A DNA stretch of 64,000 nucleotides from a virus. Position numbers and translations under genes: made by a program. Of this stretch, positions 1-11,800 are shown in pieces (the stretch's first letter is position 1; each line of letters opens with the position of its first letter). The notes beneath the pieces were generated by a model. The model had not been told where the DNA came from and searched no databases. It saw only the letters and a list, made by a program, of their open reading frames with translations. The DNA lies in the IMG/VR virus record IMGVR_UViG_3300025276_000001, positions 50,100-114,099 of that record, one strand, 5' to 3'.

Positions 1-3000
1 TATCATTTAAAAGAAGTACAAAAGTTAAATGATTTAGCATACTTAGAACAACTTAAAGAACAAGATCCTTATTTAGATAACAATCATCTTTTAAATAATG
101 AAGCCTTTAAGCAATTATCAAATGACAATCAACAAAGAATATTAAGAATAGCGGGAACTGCAGTTGGTAAGATTAATGCTACTGAAGAAGAAATTAATGA
201 TAACATATCTGGTATATCTTCAAGATCTACATATGGTAACTTTACTCCTCAAGAGTTTGCACTTAATTTAATAAACTCTTATACCGGATTACTAAATACT
301 AAATCAGGAAAGGTAAAGTTTGTAGAATACAAAGATGGTAGAACTGGTAAAATGGTTAGGGTAGCATTAACTGCAAGCCTAATAAGAGTTTTAGAATCAT
401 CAAATACTGGAGATCTAATGTACATGCCGGTTGTTAATGCTGTAAGGTATGCAAGTGGTGACAGAGGATCAAGTGTGTTAACTGATGATGTACTTGTAGC
501 TTTTACTAATTCTATAAAGACAGAGTATACACGTATACAAAGAGAAAGGTCTGATGCTTCTAATAAAAATGATGTAGTAGGTTATAACAAAACAGAATTT
601 AATGAAGAGACTGGTGAAGAAATAATTGGTAGAGCATTTAAATTACATAACTCAGCATTATTATTAGATCCAACAGTTAAAGGTCAATTAGAAGAAATAG
701 CAAATAGATCTGAAAGTGTTTCATTTGAAGAAGCTTTAAAAGAATTAACTATAACACCTAAGCAATTTAGTAATCAACTTAATCAAATACTAGAAGCACA
801 GTTTACTGAATTTAAATCTGAACTTGATCAATTAAATATAAGCAGTGAATTAAGTTTCAATGTAAAAAATGGTTTAACTGCAGATGCTAAATTTAGTGAA
901 GCTGCTGAACTACTTAATTTAAAACAAGATAAAGATTATAACTTAAAGCAAATCTTTTTTAGTGACTGGGTAAATACAAAAGCTATTAATGAAATACTAT
1001 TAGGTGATCAAGCTGTAACATTAAAGAATGGTGTAGATGCAATTAAAAGAGCTAAAGCACAAAATGCAGCTACAGTAACTGCAGCAAGTGTTATTGCTGA
1101 TCCAACAGTAGGTGTAATGCATCCAAATCAAAACTTAAGTGCTTTTGTTTTTGAAGAACCAAGAGGTGAATCTTCACTTACAGGTAAATCAATTGATGAA
1201 GCTGATGCGCAAGCATACTACACTCTTAAAGGATTAAGGTATAGTGAGTTTGGTTTTGGTACATTAACTCCAATGCAAGCAGCATTAATTACAAGATTAG
1301 AACAAGGAGAAGACATTCCTTCTGAAGAAATATTTGGACAGGATGGTTTTGTATCTAATGGAAGCATGATCAATTCTAGAAAGCTAGTTTATGCAGATGG
1401 TAAAACATTTATTAAAATGTCTACGTTTGTGTTGATTCCTGCTTATACTTCTAATCCAGTTAGAGATGATAACGGAAACATTATTGACTGGGTGGCTAAG
1501 CCTAATAGAGTAGCTCTACACAATCTTAGAATGAAGATGGAGGCAGAAGAAGTTCTAACTGAAACAACGTCTATAGCGGCTCCCTTAAGTGCATTTAAAA
1601 TGCTTAAGCAGAACGTATCTTCTTTAGAAGAAATAGAAAATACTGATGATGTCTTTACTGAAAAACCTACTAAGTTAAAAGCTAAGTATCTTGGACTACA
1701 AGTTCCAGGTCCATCAAACAAAATGGAAATGGTTGATCCAACACAGATAAAAAACATAGTTACATCAGAACAGAAAGATGACACACCTATACCAGGAATG
1801 CAAATGAATGGTAAAACTATGACTGTTGGTGATGTAAGAAGAGAATACAATAAAGCTACTAGTCAACGTTTTGAATTGAAGTTTAAAAATAAAAGAAATT
1901 TGACTTTTAGTTTTGAATCAGCAATGAATGAATTAAGCATATCTAAAAAGGTTGGAGCAATAACTCCTAACCTAATGGCATTTTTAAAATTTGCTCAGAG
2001 TGGTTTAAAATCATCTCAATCAAGTAGTAATCAATTAGAATTCTTTAGTACAAAAGATGGAGAGCAACAATATGATTTAAATAATCCTATTACTATAAAT
2101 AACTTTGAGAGTTTATTTTTAAACTATTTAAGTAAAGGAACACTTGCTGAGAAAATACCTGGGCATAGTCTTGTATTAGTATCTGACTTTGGAAGTAATA
2201 TATACAGAAGAGTATTTAGCTTTGATGAAAATGGTATTCCTGATAGATCAGTAGTAATAAGACAAAAAGAATGGGAAAGCTCAACAGGTATAAACTCTAG
2301 TGTAAATAATACAATTCAAAATTCTACACAAATAGATGGTCAACCAACTTGGAAAGAAGTTAAAGTACCCGCAGAAGGTGTAGTAATTCTTGACCGTTTA
2401 AGATCAGCTGTAAAAGAATATGATAGTAAAGGAGTAGCAACAGGACTTAGGTATACAGAAATGATGATGCCTTCTCACTATGCTGATGTAATGGATATGA
2501 TTGAGAATGATCCAAGTGCATCTATACCAGATGTGATTGCTAAGATGTTTGCAATACGTATACCATCTCAAGATAATCATTCAACTATAAATAGTAAGTT
2601 GGTAGACTTTATGCCTGCAATCTATGGTTCAGTAGGTATGTATTCAAGAGAACTGGTAGAGATATCAGGAGCGGATTTTGATATTGATAAAGTGTTTAGT
2701 CAAATAAAAGAATGGTACATAAAGAACAATGAGTTTGTTGAGTATGGTAAGACTACTAATGAACGTGAAGCATATGAAAACTATATTGAGTATGTAAAAA
2801 TAAAAGTTAGTAGAAAAGGAACAATATACAATGAAGCATACCAACTAAAAGATTCAGACAATCAATCAATTAGAGAAGGTAACCCTTCAGCGGAAGTTGT
2901 ATCTGATGAATTAGGGCCAGTATATGATCCAGCTATTACTGCATTAGAGATGTTAGGTTTACCAATATCATTTGAACAATATAAAGAATACAAAAATAAA

Positions 3001-5841
3001 AACGGTGAACCTTATGAAGCACCACACAGTAATAAAATTTTAGATTATAAGTATGCTCTGATGGGTAATACAGCAGTAACTGAAGAAGCTTTAGTTGGAG
3101 AACTTCCAATATCATATACTCCGGCAAGTCTAGATATTCTTGAAGATATATGGAAAGAGTTTAGTGATGAGACAGAAGATAGTTCTACTAGATCTGAGTA
3201 TCTAGTTAAGCGTTCTAGAGAAGATAACATTGATATAGATAACTTATTAGGTAAGATAAAAGCTTTTGCTGCAAATAAAGGTGCGGCCATTGGTGCAGTT
3301 GTTTCTCCTAATCAAGCATTGAGTTTACTAACAGAATATAAAATTCCTTTGGGAGGTATAAATGCTCCGGTAATTGAAATAGATGGGGTTACCTTTAATA
3401 GTTTTGAATACTTAAGAGAAAGATTAGCGGATGGTAAACTAGGATTAAGAAAACAAGATATCATTTCTTCTCTGATAACAATGGCAACAGATAATGCTAA
3501 AGAAAGATTAGTTGCTAAACTAGGCCTAAACAAAGAAGCGTTAGCTTTAGTTACAAATATGGTTGCATTAGGTATGCCTATAAAGACTGCTCTACTGTTA
3601 ATCAATCAACCGTTTATTCAGGACATTTATACTGAAGCAATAAATAAAAAAGAGAAGACTGATCCGGGAGTAGATAGTTTGGTTAAGGCACTACTAAGTG
3701 ATAAGAAATATAAGGATCTTCAAATGGTAGATGTTACATCAGGTATGATGCGTGAAGGTTTGGATGTTGAATTATCTGATGCACAAACAATGTCTATCCT
3801 TCTTACTTTCCAAGAAGCATTAAAGGTCTCTAAGTTTACAAAAAACATGAGAGCTGTTTCTGATTTAACAAATGGTTTAGGAAAAGATATTGCAAGTGTA
3901 AACTACAAGAGAGAACAAATGGATTTATTGTTTGAAGAAAATGCAATAATGGATCTTTCACCTATCTATAAAAGTGATACATGGCAGTCTAAATACTTAG
4001 AGGTTTTTGATCAGATATATGATGAGTTGTTGCCTGCTACTTTCTTAAGTGCAAGTCCACAGTTTACAGATATTATGGATGAGTTATTAAAAAGTATTGA
4101 CACACAGAAAATGGAATTTAATTCTGAAGTTCAATCTAAGATTTCTAAAGATTTATTATCATATATAACAATTAAAGCATATCAAAACAATGTAGGTAAT
4201 GGAACAACAGCTTCTATTGCTAATTTAAATAATGACTTTTTATATCCATCTGGTAAAAACTCTATCAATAATATAGTAGAGAACTTAAGACTAACAGAAG
4301 CTGGAAAGAATAACTTCTTTTTAGATACGTTTGCTTTAAGTATTCCGGCAAGTGATAAAAGTAACTTTAGTGGAATGAATCTTTTAATGGCTAATACATT
4401 TAGAAGTTTAAATGCATCACAGAAAGTTGATTTACAAACGTCATTTGCTAAATTGTATGGGTCATTAGAAACTAAAGATGATGCATTATCAATCATTAAT
4501 TATATGATGGTGAAGGATGGTCTTCAGTTATCCTATGGTACATTACTAGAAGCAATATCTCCATTTACAATGAGCTCATATTTAGATCATATAGCAACTG
4601 CTAACTTAGCATTGCGTGATAGTTCTGATTCTAAAATGAATGAAGTTTTTGGAATGACACTAGAAGAAATGAAAACAGACTTTAGAGATGGTTACTTACA
4701 GTCTAATATAAATAATGCTTTGCTTAATACTTTCTCAAGCGCAAACAAAGATGTAAATGTAAAAGATGATGTTGTAAGTGTTAAACTTACAAGTCAACTA
4801 GTTACTAAGGATGTTAACTACATCAGAATAAAAACTATTTCAGGTGATACAGCTTTCTATAAGACATATAAGGTAAATGAAGATTTATCTAATAAAGATG
4901 TACGTACTTTTGAATTGGTTGATACATATGGATCCAACCAACAGAACGGAATAGGTTTTATGTTTGGGCCAAGATCAACATATGCTGAGGTAAGAAACAC
5001 AATTACTGAGCTACATAAAGATCCTATTGAAAGTAATAATCAGTATTCACAAACTGAAGATAGTGATTTATCTCAAAAAGAAAGAGATGTTGAAAAAGTA
5101 ATACAACAAGCTGATGAAGTTGAAATAGTGATTGGATCAGCTAGACAAGGTGGAACAAAAGTAGAAGTAGATGGTAAAAATGTAGCAGATGTAAAACCTG
5201 TTACTGAACAACCTTCTTTTAGAACTATTACATATACACCAACTGGAAAACCTAAACAAGAGTATACTATTGATGGTGATAGAATACTTAATAAAAAAGG
5301 TATTGAGGTTTTTAAATCAATGAGTAAAGACAGACTTAAGATATTTGCTAATCTAGCTATTAAGGAAGGTAGAGCTAAGGTTGTTACATATAGAGGTAAC
5401 AGTTATGTAGTTAATGACAAGAATCAAATAATGTCAGTGCGTACTGGTTTAGAAATGAAGTGGGAGGAAAACAATGGTAATAGAATTGCAGTGTTAAACC
5501 TAGCACAAGATCCACAGAGTATGAACAGACAAGAGTTTGAAGATGCATCTGAGGAAGTTGCAGATGAGTATACTCCTGGTGCTCTATACGGTGCTGCTCT
5601 CCTAGACAATCAAATGACATTGGAGTTTGAAGCAGAAGATAGCGTTAAGCTAACAGAGTTTTGGGATAATGAAGTTGAAAAATATCCAGAAAAAAAGGCT
5701 ATTTTTGCTAATAACAAAATGCCTACTTATAGCAGCATGGTTATGTTTTATAACACACAGAAATTAAAAGGATTCTTTCAAGGAACTGCAGAACAAAGTT
5801 CAGAAGAGGAGTTTATGGAATCATTAAAATGTTTAAGATAA
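1..5841 (+). CDS. Virion-packaged crAss-type RNA polymerase / giant cargo protein (5'-truncated by window)
   Basis: Frame is open from base 1, upstream of the track start at 352. IRIPSQ and GADFDIDK (DxDxD catalytic loop, 2674-2688), plus ATDNAK, as in phi14:2 gp66-type RNAPs. Confidence 0.9.
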   Translation, partial: YHLKEVQKLNDLAYLEQLKEQDPYLDNNHLLNNEAFKQLSNDNQQRILRIAGTAVGKINATEEEINDNISGISSRSTYGNFTPQEFALNLINSYTGLLNTKSGKVKFVEYKDGRTGKMVRVALTASLIRVLESSNTGDLMYMPVVNAVRYASGDRGSSVLTDDVLVAFTNSIKTEYTRIQRERSDASNKNDVVGYNKTEFNEETGEEIIGRAFKLHNSALLLDPTVKGQLEEIANRSESVSFEEALKELTITPKQFSNQLNQILEAQFTEFKSELDQLNISSELSFNVKNGLTADAKFSEAAELLNLKQDKDYNLKQIFFSDWVNTKAINEILLGDQAVTLKNGVDAIKRAKAQNAATVTAASVIADPTVGVMHPNQNLSAFVFEEPRGESSLTGKSIDEADAQAYYTLKGLRYSEFGFGTLTPMQAALITRLEQGEDIPSEEIFGQDGFVSNGSMINSRKLVYADGKTFIKMSTFVLIPAYTSNPVRDDNGNIIDWVAKPNRVALHNLRMKMEAEEVLTETTSIAAPLSAFKMLKQNVSSLEEIENTDDVFTEKPTKLKAKYLGLQVPGPSNKMEMVDPTQIKNIVTSEQKDDTPIPGMQMNGKTMTVGDVRREYNKATSQRFELKFKNKRNLTFSFESAMNELSISKKVGAITPNLMAFLKFAQSGLKSSQSSSNQLEFFSTKDGEQQYDLNNPITINNFESLFLNYLSKGTLAEKIPGHSLVLVSDFGSNIYRRVFSFDENGIPDRSVVIRQKEWESSTGINSSVNNTIQNSTQIDGQPTWKEVKVPAEGVVILDRLRSAVKEYDSKGVATGLRYTEMMMPSHYADVMDMIENDPSASIPDVIAKMFAIRIPSQDNHSTINSKLVDFMPAIYGSVGMYSRELVEISGADFDIDKVFSQIKEWYIKNNEFVEYGKTTNEREAYENYIEYVKIKVSRKGTIYNEAYQLKDSDNQSIREGNPSAEVVSDELGPVYDPAITALEMLGLPISFEQYKEYKNKNGEPYEAPHSNKILDYKYALMGNTAVTEEALVGELPISYTPASLDILEDIWKEFSDETEDSSTRSEYLVKRSREDNIDIDNLLGKIKAFAANKGAAIGAVVSPNQALSLLTEYKIPLGGINAPVIEIDGVTFNSFEYLRERLADGKLGLRKQDIISSLITMATDNAKERLVAKLGLNKEALALVTNMVALGMPIKTALLLINQPFIQDIYTEAINKKEKTDPGVDSLVKALLSDKKYKDLQMVDVTSGMMREGLDVELSDAQTMSILLTFQEALKVSKFTKNMRAVSDLTNGLGKDIASVNYKREQMDLLFEENAIMDLSPIYKSDTWQSKYLEVFDQIYDELLPATFLSASPQFTDIMDELLKSIDTQKMEFNSEVQSKISKDLLSYITIKAYQNNVGNGTTASIANLNNDFLYPSGKNSINNIVENLRLTEAGKNNFFLDTFALSIPASDKSNFSGMNLLMANTFRSLNASQKVDLQTSFAKLYGSLETKDDALSIINYMMVKDGLQLSYGTLLEAISPFTMSSYLDHIATANLALRDSSDSKMNEVFGMTLEEMKTDFRDGYLQSNINNALLNTFSSANKDVNVKDDVVSVKLTSQLVTKDVNYIRIKTISGDTAFYKTYKVNEDLSNKDVRTFELVDTYGSNQQNGIGFMFGPRSTYAEVRNTITELHKDPIESNNQYSQTEDSDLSQKERDVEKVIQQADEVEIVIGSARQGGTKVEVDGKNVADVKPVTEQPSFRTITYTPTGKPKQEYTIDGDRILNKKGIEVFKSMSKDRLKIFANLAIKEGRAKVVTYRGNSYVVNDKNQIMSVRTGLEMKWEENNGNRIAVLNLAQDPQSMNRQEFEDASEEVADEYTPGALYGAALLDNQMTLEFEAEDSVKLTEFWDNEVEKYPEKKAIFANNKMPTYSSMVMFYNTQKLKGFFQGTAEQSSEEEFMESLKCLR

Positions 5842-5848
5842 AATAGAT

Positions 5849-8800
5849 ATGGCAAAATGTCCCAACGTAAATGCAGCAGAGTACAAAGCACTGCAAGCAG
5901 TTTATAAAACTGAAATTGAAACAAACAGTATTATTAATTCTTGGCAGAACGCTAATGAAAGTGATAATTTTCCAACAGCTGTTCAGGCGGCAAAGTTTGT
6001 TAAAACTACAAAGGCTGTCTATGCACTTAAACAAAAGCAGTTTGGTGAAAGTGTTATCAGTAACTTAGTTAATAAGAAACTAATCCACATGTTTAATGGA
6101 AACTATCTTGTTAATGTTGCATACCCAGGTACACAAGAATATAATGCGCAAGCTGTCAAGGATAATTTAAAAGCTATATATAAGTATTTAGATATTAATA
6201 AAATTCCTTTAGAGACTATTGACTTTGCTGCAACAGATAAAACATTTAAAGTAACAATGCTTAATAATGTTTTTACACCTAAAGATATATTAGAATCTAC
6301 ACGTGGGTGGGATACTTCTAGATCACAAAAGGTTGTAGGCCATCTTAAAAGAATGTTTCCGGGGGTTGAGGTAAGATTAGTATCAGTTAAAGAAGCTAAA
6401 AGAATACATGATGGTTTACCAGCATGGAGAAAAACATCAGGTAGCTTTGCTAATGTAAATTCATTTTACTATGATCAAGTAGCTTATTTAGTTAAAGGAA
6501 GAGTAACAAATGAAACAGCAATAGAAGAGATGCTTCATCCATTCATTGATGCTATTAAGGTAGACAATGAATCTTTATTTAATAACTTACTTGAAGAAGC
6601 TAAAGTAAACTTTCCAGAAATGGTTCAGCAGATTACTGAAGCTTATAATAATAAGAGAAACTTTAATGACTTAGATAGAAACTTAGAAATAGTAACACAA
6701 GCATTAACAAGACATTTTAATAATGAATATGAATCACAACCTACTAATTCTTTTTTAAAGTTAATTCAAGATGCATTAGAATGGTTTAAGAGTGTTATAG
6801 AAAACTTACATGAATATGTTACTGGTAATCCTTTGCCTGTTTCTGCTATAAGTAAGAATGCAACGTTTACTGATATTGCTAAATTATTAAATACAGAAGG
6901 TATTAGGTTTAAGTTAGAAAAAAGAGCAAGTGCAAAACTTAGATATTCTTTTACTCCAGAAGTACAAAGTATTTTACAAGGTGCACGTTCTGTTGCTAAC
7001 GGTATTCAGCTAGAAATACTAAATAAGATGTTTGGTATAGCTGAAAAAGATAGTAGAAATAATGATAGGTTATATGCTAATGCGGCTGAGCCAACTGATG
7101 CAGGTCCTAGAATAGTATTCAATCAAAAGGATCACACTTATATAGATGTCAATAATCCTAATGGTCAGGTGTATGCTTCTGCAACAACTGCAATAAAAGG
7201 AAAACTTAGTAATAAAGAAGGTGAAGCAATCATTAGAAGAGATGAAGCACTACAAGCTTTAAGTGATAAAGGTCAAAAGCCTAATGCTAAATTTACTGAG
7301 AAATATAAAAAAGAAATTGCTAATGGAAAAGCAGATGACATCCAAAAAGAAAAAGATGTTAAGCTTAACCTAGATCTGGGTAATGATGTTGACATGATTG
7401 TTGAGTCAATAGTTAAATTAATGAATGGCTATGAAGGAAACATTAATACTGAATTAGAAAAGGCTATGGATAGCATGGCTGTACTTAGCCGTGATCAAGC
7501 AAGAGAATTTTTTGGTGCAATGAAAGTTGCAATAAGAGACTTTATGCCTATTGATGGAATAGCTCTTTCTCAAGTAGTTGTATATGATGAAGCAACAAAA
7601 CTTGCTGGTACTGCAGATTTAGTTATAATTGATAGGAATGGTAAGATTAGAATATTTGATTTAAAGACTAGTAAGAATTCTATAGAGAAGAAAATTTCAT
7701 TATCTCAAAGTGCAGGTAGAAGAGGTTTAGGAAGTTATGAATTTAGTGAATGGACTTTACCAGCTGATAGTAGGTTAAGAAGTGAGAGTAAAGAAAAGAT
7801 AGGTAGAGAAGTAACTAAGTTGAGTACAAAGGGTCAACATAATTTACAAGTAAATCTTTACAGAAGAATGTTTGAGAACATGGGCTTCTCAGTTTATGAA
7901 GGTTCATTTGCAGCATCTACATTTCATGTTCAATTGGATATAGCTAATAAAGGTGAAAAACAAGAGTATAAAGGAACTTGGGATTATGAGGGTAAAGTAG
8001 ATCATTATGAAACTAATATATCTGAAAATAGTGTTTATGTAGACATGCTTATTCCGGCTACTGTTGATAACAGAAACAAGAAAAAACTTGATGCTAAACT
8101 TGCAGAACAACCTGAAGCTCCATATAGAGGAGATCAAGATAAAATGGCTCAAGAAGAAATTGAATCTACTGTTGAGGAAGAAGTAGCACAAGCATTATAT
8201 CCAGAAATGAATACAGTATTTGGTGCGTTAGAATCTTATAGTACTGCATTAGATCAAGCACAAAGAGGAGACCTAAATACTAAGAAAGTATATTCTAAAC
8301 GTTCTAAAGAACAAAGGTTATTGGACATTGCAAAATTACAAGCATATATTACTAGTGGTATTAGCAGAGGTCCTAAAGCACAATCAAAGATCTATACTGG
8401 ATTATTAAGTAATGCTTTAAAAGACATAAGAGAGTTTACTGATTATGTTACTGATCCTAATAATGTAACAGGTGATCCTGAATACATTGGTTTTGTATTA
8501 AACTTTAATAGATTCCTTGCAACTTATGAACCTTTATATGCAATAGAAGGGTCTAAGGAATTAAATGCAACACAACAACAGTTGGTGTTAAATTTAAAAT
8601 TAGAAGTTGATAAATTAATTGGTGGTACTAGATTAGTCTCAGAAGGTAGAGAGGGTATTATCAATGATGCAATTTTTAATTATGTAAAAGAAACAGTAAG
8701 ACTTAGATCATCTAAACAATTTGGTGTAGAAGGTAGTGGGTTTACTGAAGCTGATTTAATTAAAGAATTAACTATAGTTAATGATATCCCTGGTATTGAT

Positions 8801-11800
8801 TTACAAACCAGAGACATGGATACTTCTACAGATACTTTACTTGCTGTAGTAGCTAAGATATACAAATCACAAAAACAACTTTTACTAGACAGGATTCAGT
8901 ATAGAGAAAAAGTAATTAGAACTGCAGGTAATAAAGTATTAATGCTTAGCGGTACTAATAAAGAAAATGCATATAATTATATGCAAAACTTTAATGAGGA
9001 TGGAACACGTAATGGTACTTATGTTAAACCTATTGGTAGTAAGTTTTATGACAAACAAAAAGAACTAAGAGCTGCAACTAGAGATGCTGATAATGTACCA
9101 TATACTTATTTCAATATAAGTGATAAGAACCAAGCATCTGAAGAAGAGCTGGAATACAATATAGATTTAGCAAATAAAAAAAGAGCTGCATCTCAGTTTG
9201 GATTTGCTGAAAGAGTTAATGAAAACGGACAAAGAATTGATGGAGAATACTATTCATATAACCAAGAGTTTATTGATGCAAGAAATAAATTTGAATACTT
9301 TGTAAGTAATGATGCATATGAAGGACGTTGGTTTAAAAAACAAAGAGTTGATAGTGTAGAGTTTAATGCTTATGAAGCTAGATACTATAACATTACCAAA
9401 TATAATCAAGCACTTAGAAATCCTAATGGTGAAGCTACTGGTGTAATCATGCAAGGTGTTGATGGAAGGTTTGTTAAACCGGAGTATAAAGATAAGAATC
9501 AGTTTAGACTAGACAAAGAAGGTAATAGGATAGAAGATTTACGTAGTGATAAATACAAAGCAATATTTGATCCTGCTAAAACTGATGCATTGTCAATAGC
9601 ACAAAGAGAGTTTTATGTTTTATATGTAAAATTCTTTGAAGAAGAGTTGCTTAGAATGTTGCCTGATAACGTTAGGCAATCAATGCTAGGAAAGAACCCT
9701 GTTGTAAAAAGCAATCTTTTAGATGATCTTAAAAATAGACCAAGTATAGTTTCTAGAATGTATGCAAGTAGTGTTAGAGGAGTTAAGAATTTATTCCAAG
9801 AAACTTCTGTACAAAAAGCTGTTCTGCTTGATGAGGTGGGTGACATAACTAATAGTCTACCTATTTTTATGGTAGGAAGCCCAAGGAAAGAAGGGGATAT
9901 GGAAGCTGTAGAAGCAAAAATAATAATCCTTGAAGAGAAGTATAAAAAGAATACTGTTAATAGAGAAACTTATAAAAGTCAGTTAGCAGTATTAACTGGT
10001 GAATTAGCAAAAATAAGAAGTAGACCTTTAGCAAGTGAGCTGAGTGGAGATCTAGCAACAAGTTTAATAAAGTTTAGTGCAATGGCAGAGCACTATGAAG
10101 TTATGGGTCAAATAGAAGATACCTTAACTGCAATACAAAGAGTAGTTAATAATAGACAGTATGAACCGTCTGATGTTAATACAAAATTTGTAGGGCGTGG
10201 ACAGAACTTAATAAATAAAGCTAAGAAACAAGTTGACGCAGCTGTTAGTGGTGTTGAACAAAGTGGATCAGTTGGATTTAAAAAAGAAACAAGTGGTGAT
10301 TCTAATACTGTAAGAAGATTAAGAAAGTATATGTCAATGGTATACTATGATAATGAATTAATCACAAAAGGTGCAGTAGATAAAATAGCTGATCTTTTAA
10401 TTCAACAATCTTCTCTTGCTTATGTAGCCTTTAATCCTTTTGGTAACTTTAATAACTACCTTATGGGTAGGATTAACAACAACATTGAGATGTTGGGTGG
10501 TAGATTCTTTAGTAAGAAAAACTTTCTTAGAGCGGGTGGTGAGTGGAATAAGCAAGCTATAACCGGCCTTGTTGAAAGAACTGGTTCTGGACTTAGAGAT
10601 TTAGCTGATGTATCCACTGCAGGTCTAGCAGGTATTGGTAAGTCTAATTATGATCCTGACTTTGCAAATAATAAGTATGAAGCATTCACACAGCTTCTAA
10701 GAATGATGGATGATTCTACAGACATACGTGAATCTGGTAAAGACTCAGATGGTAAAAGCATATGGGAAAGGTTTAAAGAATGGGGTTATGTAATGCAAGA
10801 TGCTGCAGAGTACAATGTACAAAGTAGAGTAGGTATTGCTATGATCATGGATACTAATTTAATAGATGAAGCAACAGGAGAAACATTATCTATGTATGAT
10901 GCATTTAACTTTAATGCTAAAACTAAAGAGTTAGATTTAGAAAGTGGTAAATGGTCAGTATTAAACAAAGACGGATCTACTCAAGAATACAATGATGCAT
11001 TCAGATATGACTTAAGAAATAAAATTAGAGAAGTCAACAAACAAATTCATGGTAACTACGCTGCAGAAGATAGAATGGTTATTCAATCACATACGCTTGG
11101 TAATTTAGCTGCTCAGTTTCATAAGTGGGTTGCTCCGGCAATTAGAGCTAGATTCCAAACAGAATACTTTGATGAAAATCTTGGATGGATGGAAGGTAGA
11201 TATAAATCTTGGTTTAAGTTTTTGGCTTTCTATTTTAAGAATGTAGTAGAAGCTAAGGGTAACATGAAAGAACTTACTGAAACCTTCTTAAAAGAACAAG
11301 ACGGTTATGATGGTAAAGGTGGTCAAGCGGATCAAAAGGGTAAAAATAGACTTTTTGGATTCTATAGAACAATGGGTGAGATGTCTATTATAGCTGGAGT
11401 ATTTTTAACTAATCAACTTTTAGCAGGTTTATTAGAAGGAGATGATGATGATAGTGATACTGAAAAAAGAATTAAAAACTTAACTAAGTATCAAGGAGAT
11501 AGACTGTATAAGGAATTAGTATTATTTGCTGTTGTTTTACCAGCATCAATGGAACAGATATTTCAAATGGCTAAGTCACCAATTGCTACTACAAGAACAA
11601 TGGGTGAATTAGGTCAAGCTTTAAGTATGACAATATGGACACCATATGAATTAATTACAAAAGGTAAAGAAGGTTATGAGGCAAACTCAGAATACGTATA
11701 TCAAAACAATCCTAATAAAGGACAGTGGAAACTAGGGAAAGAATGGAAAGATGTTATTCCAATTCTATATACTATACAGAAATGGAAGAATGCTCTTAAA

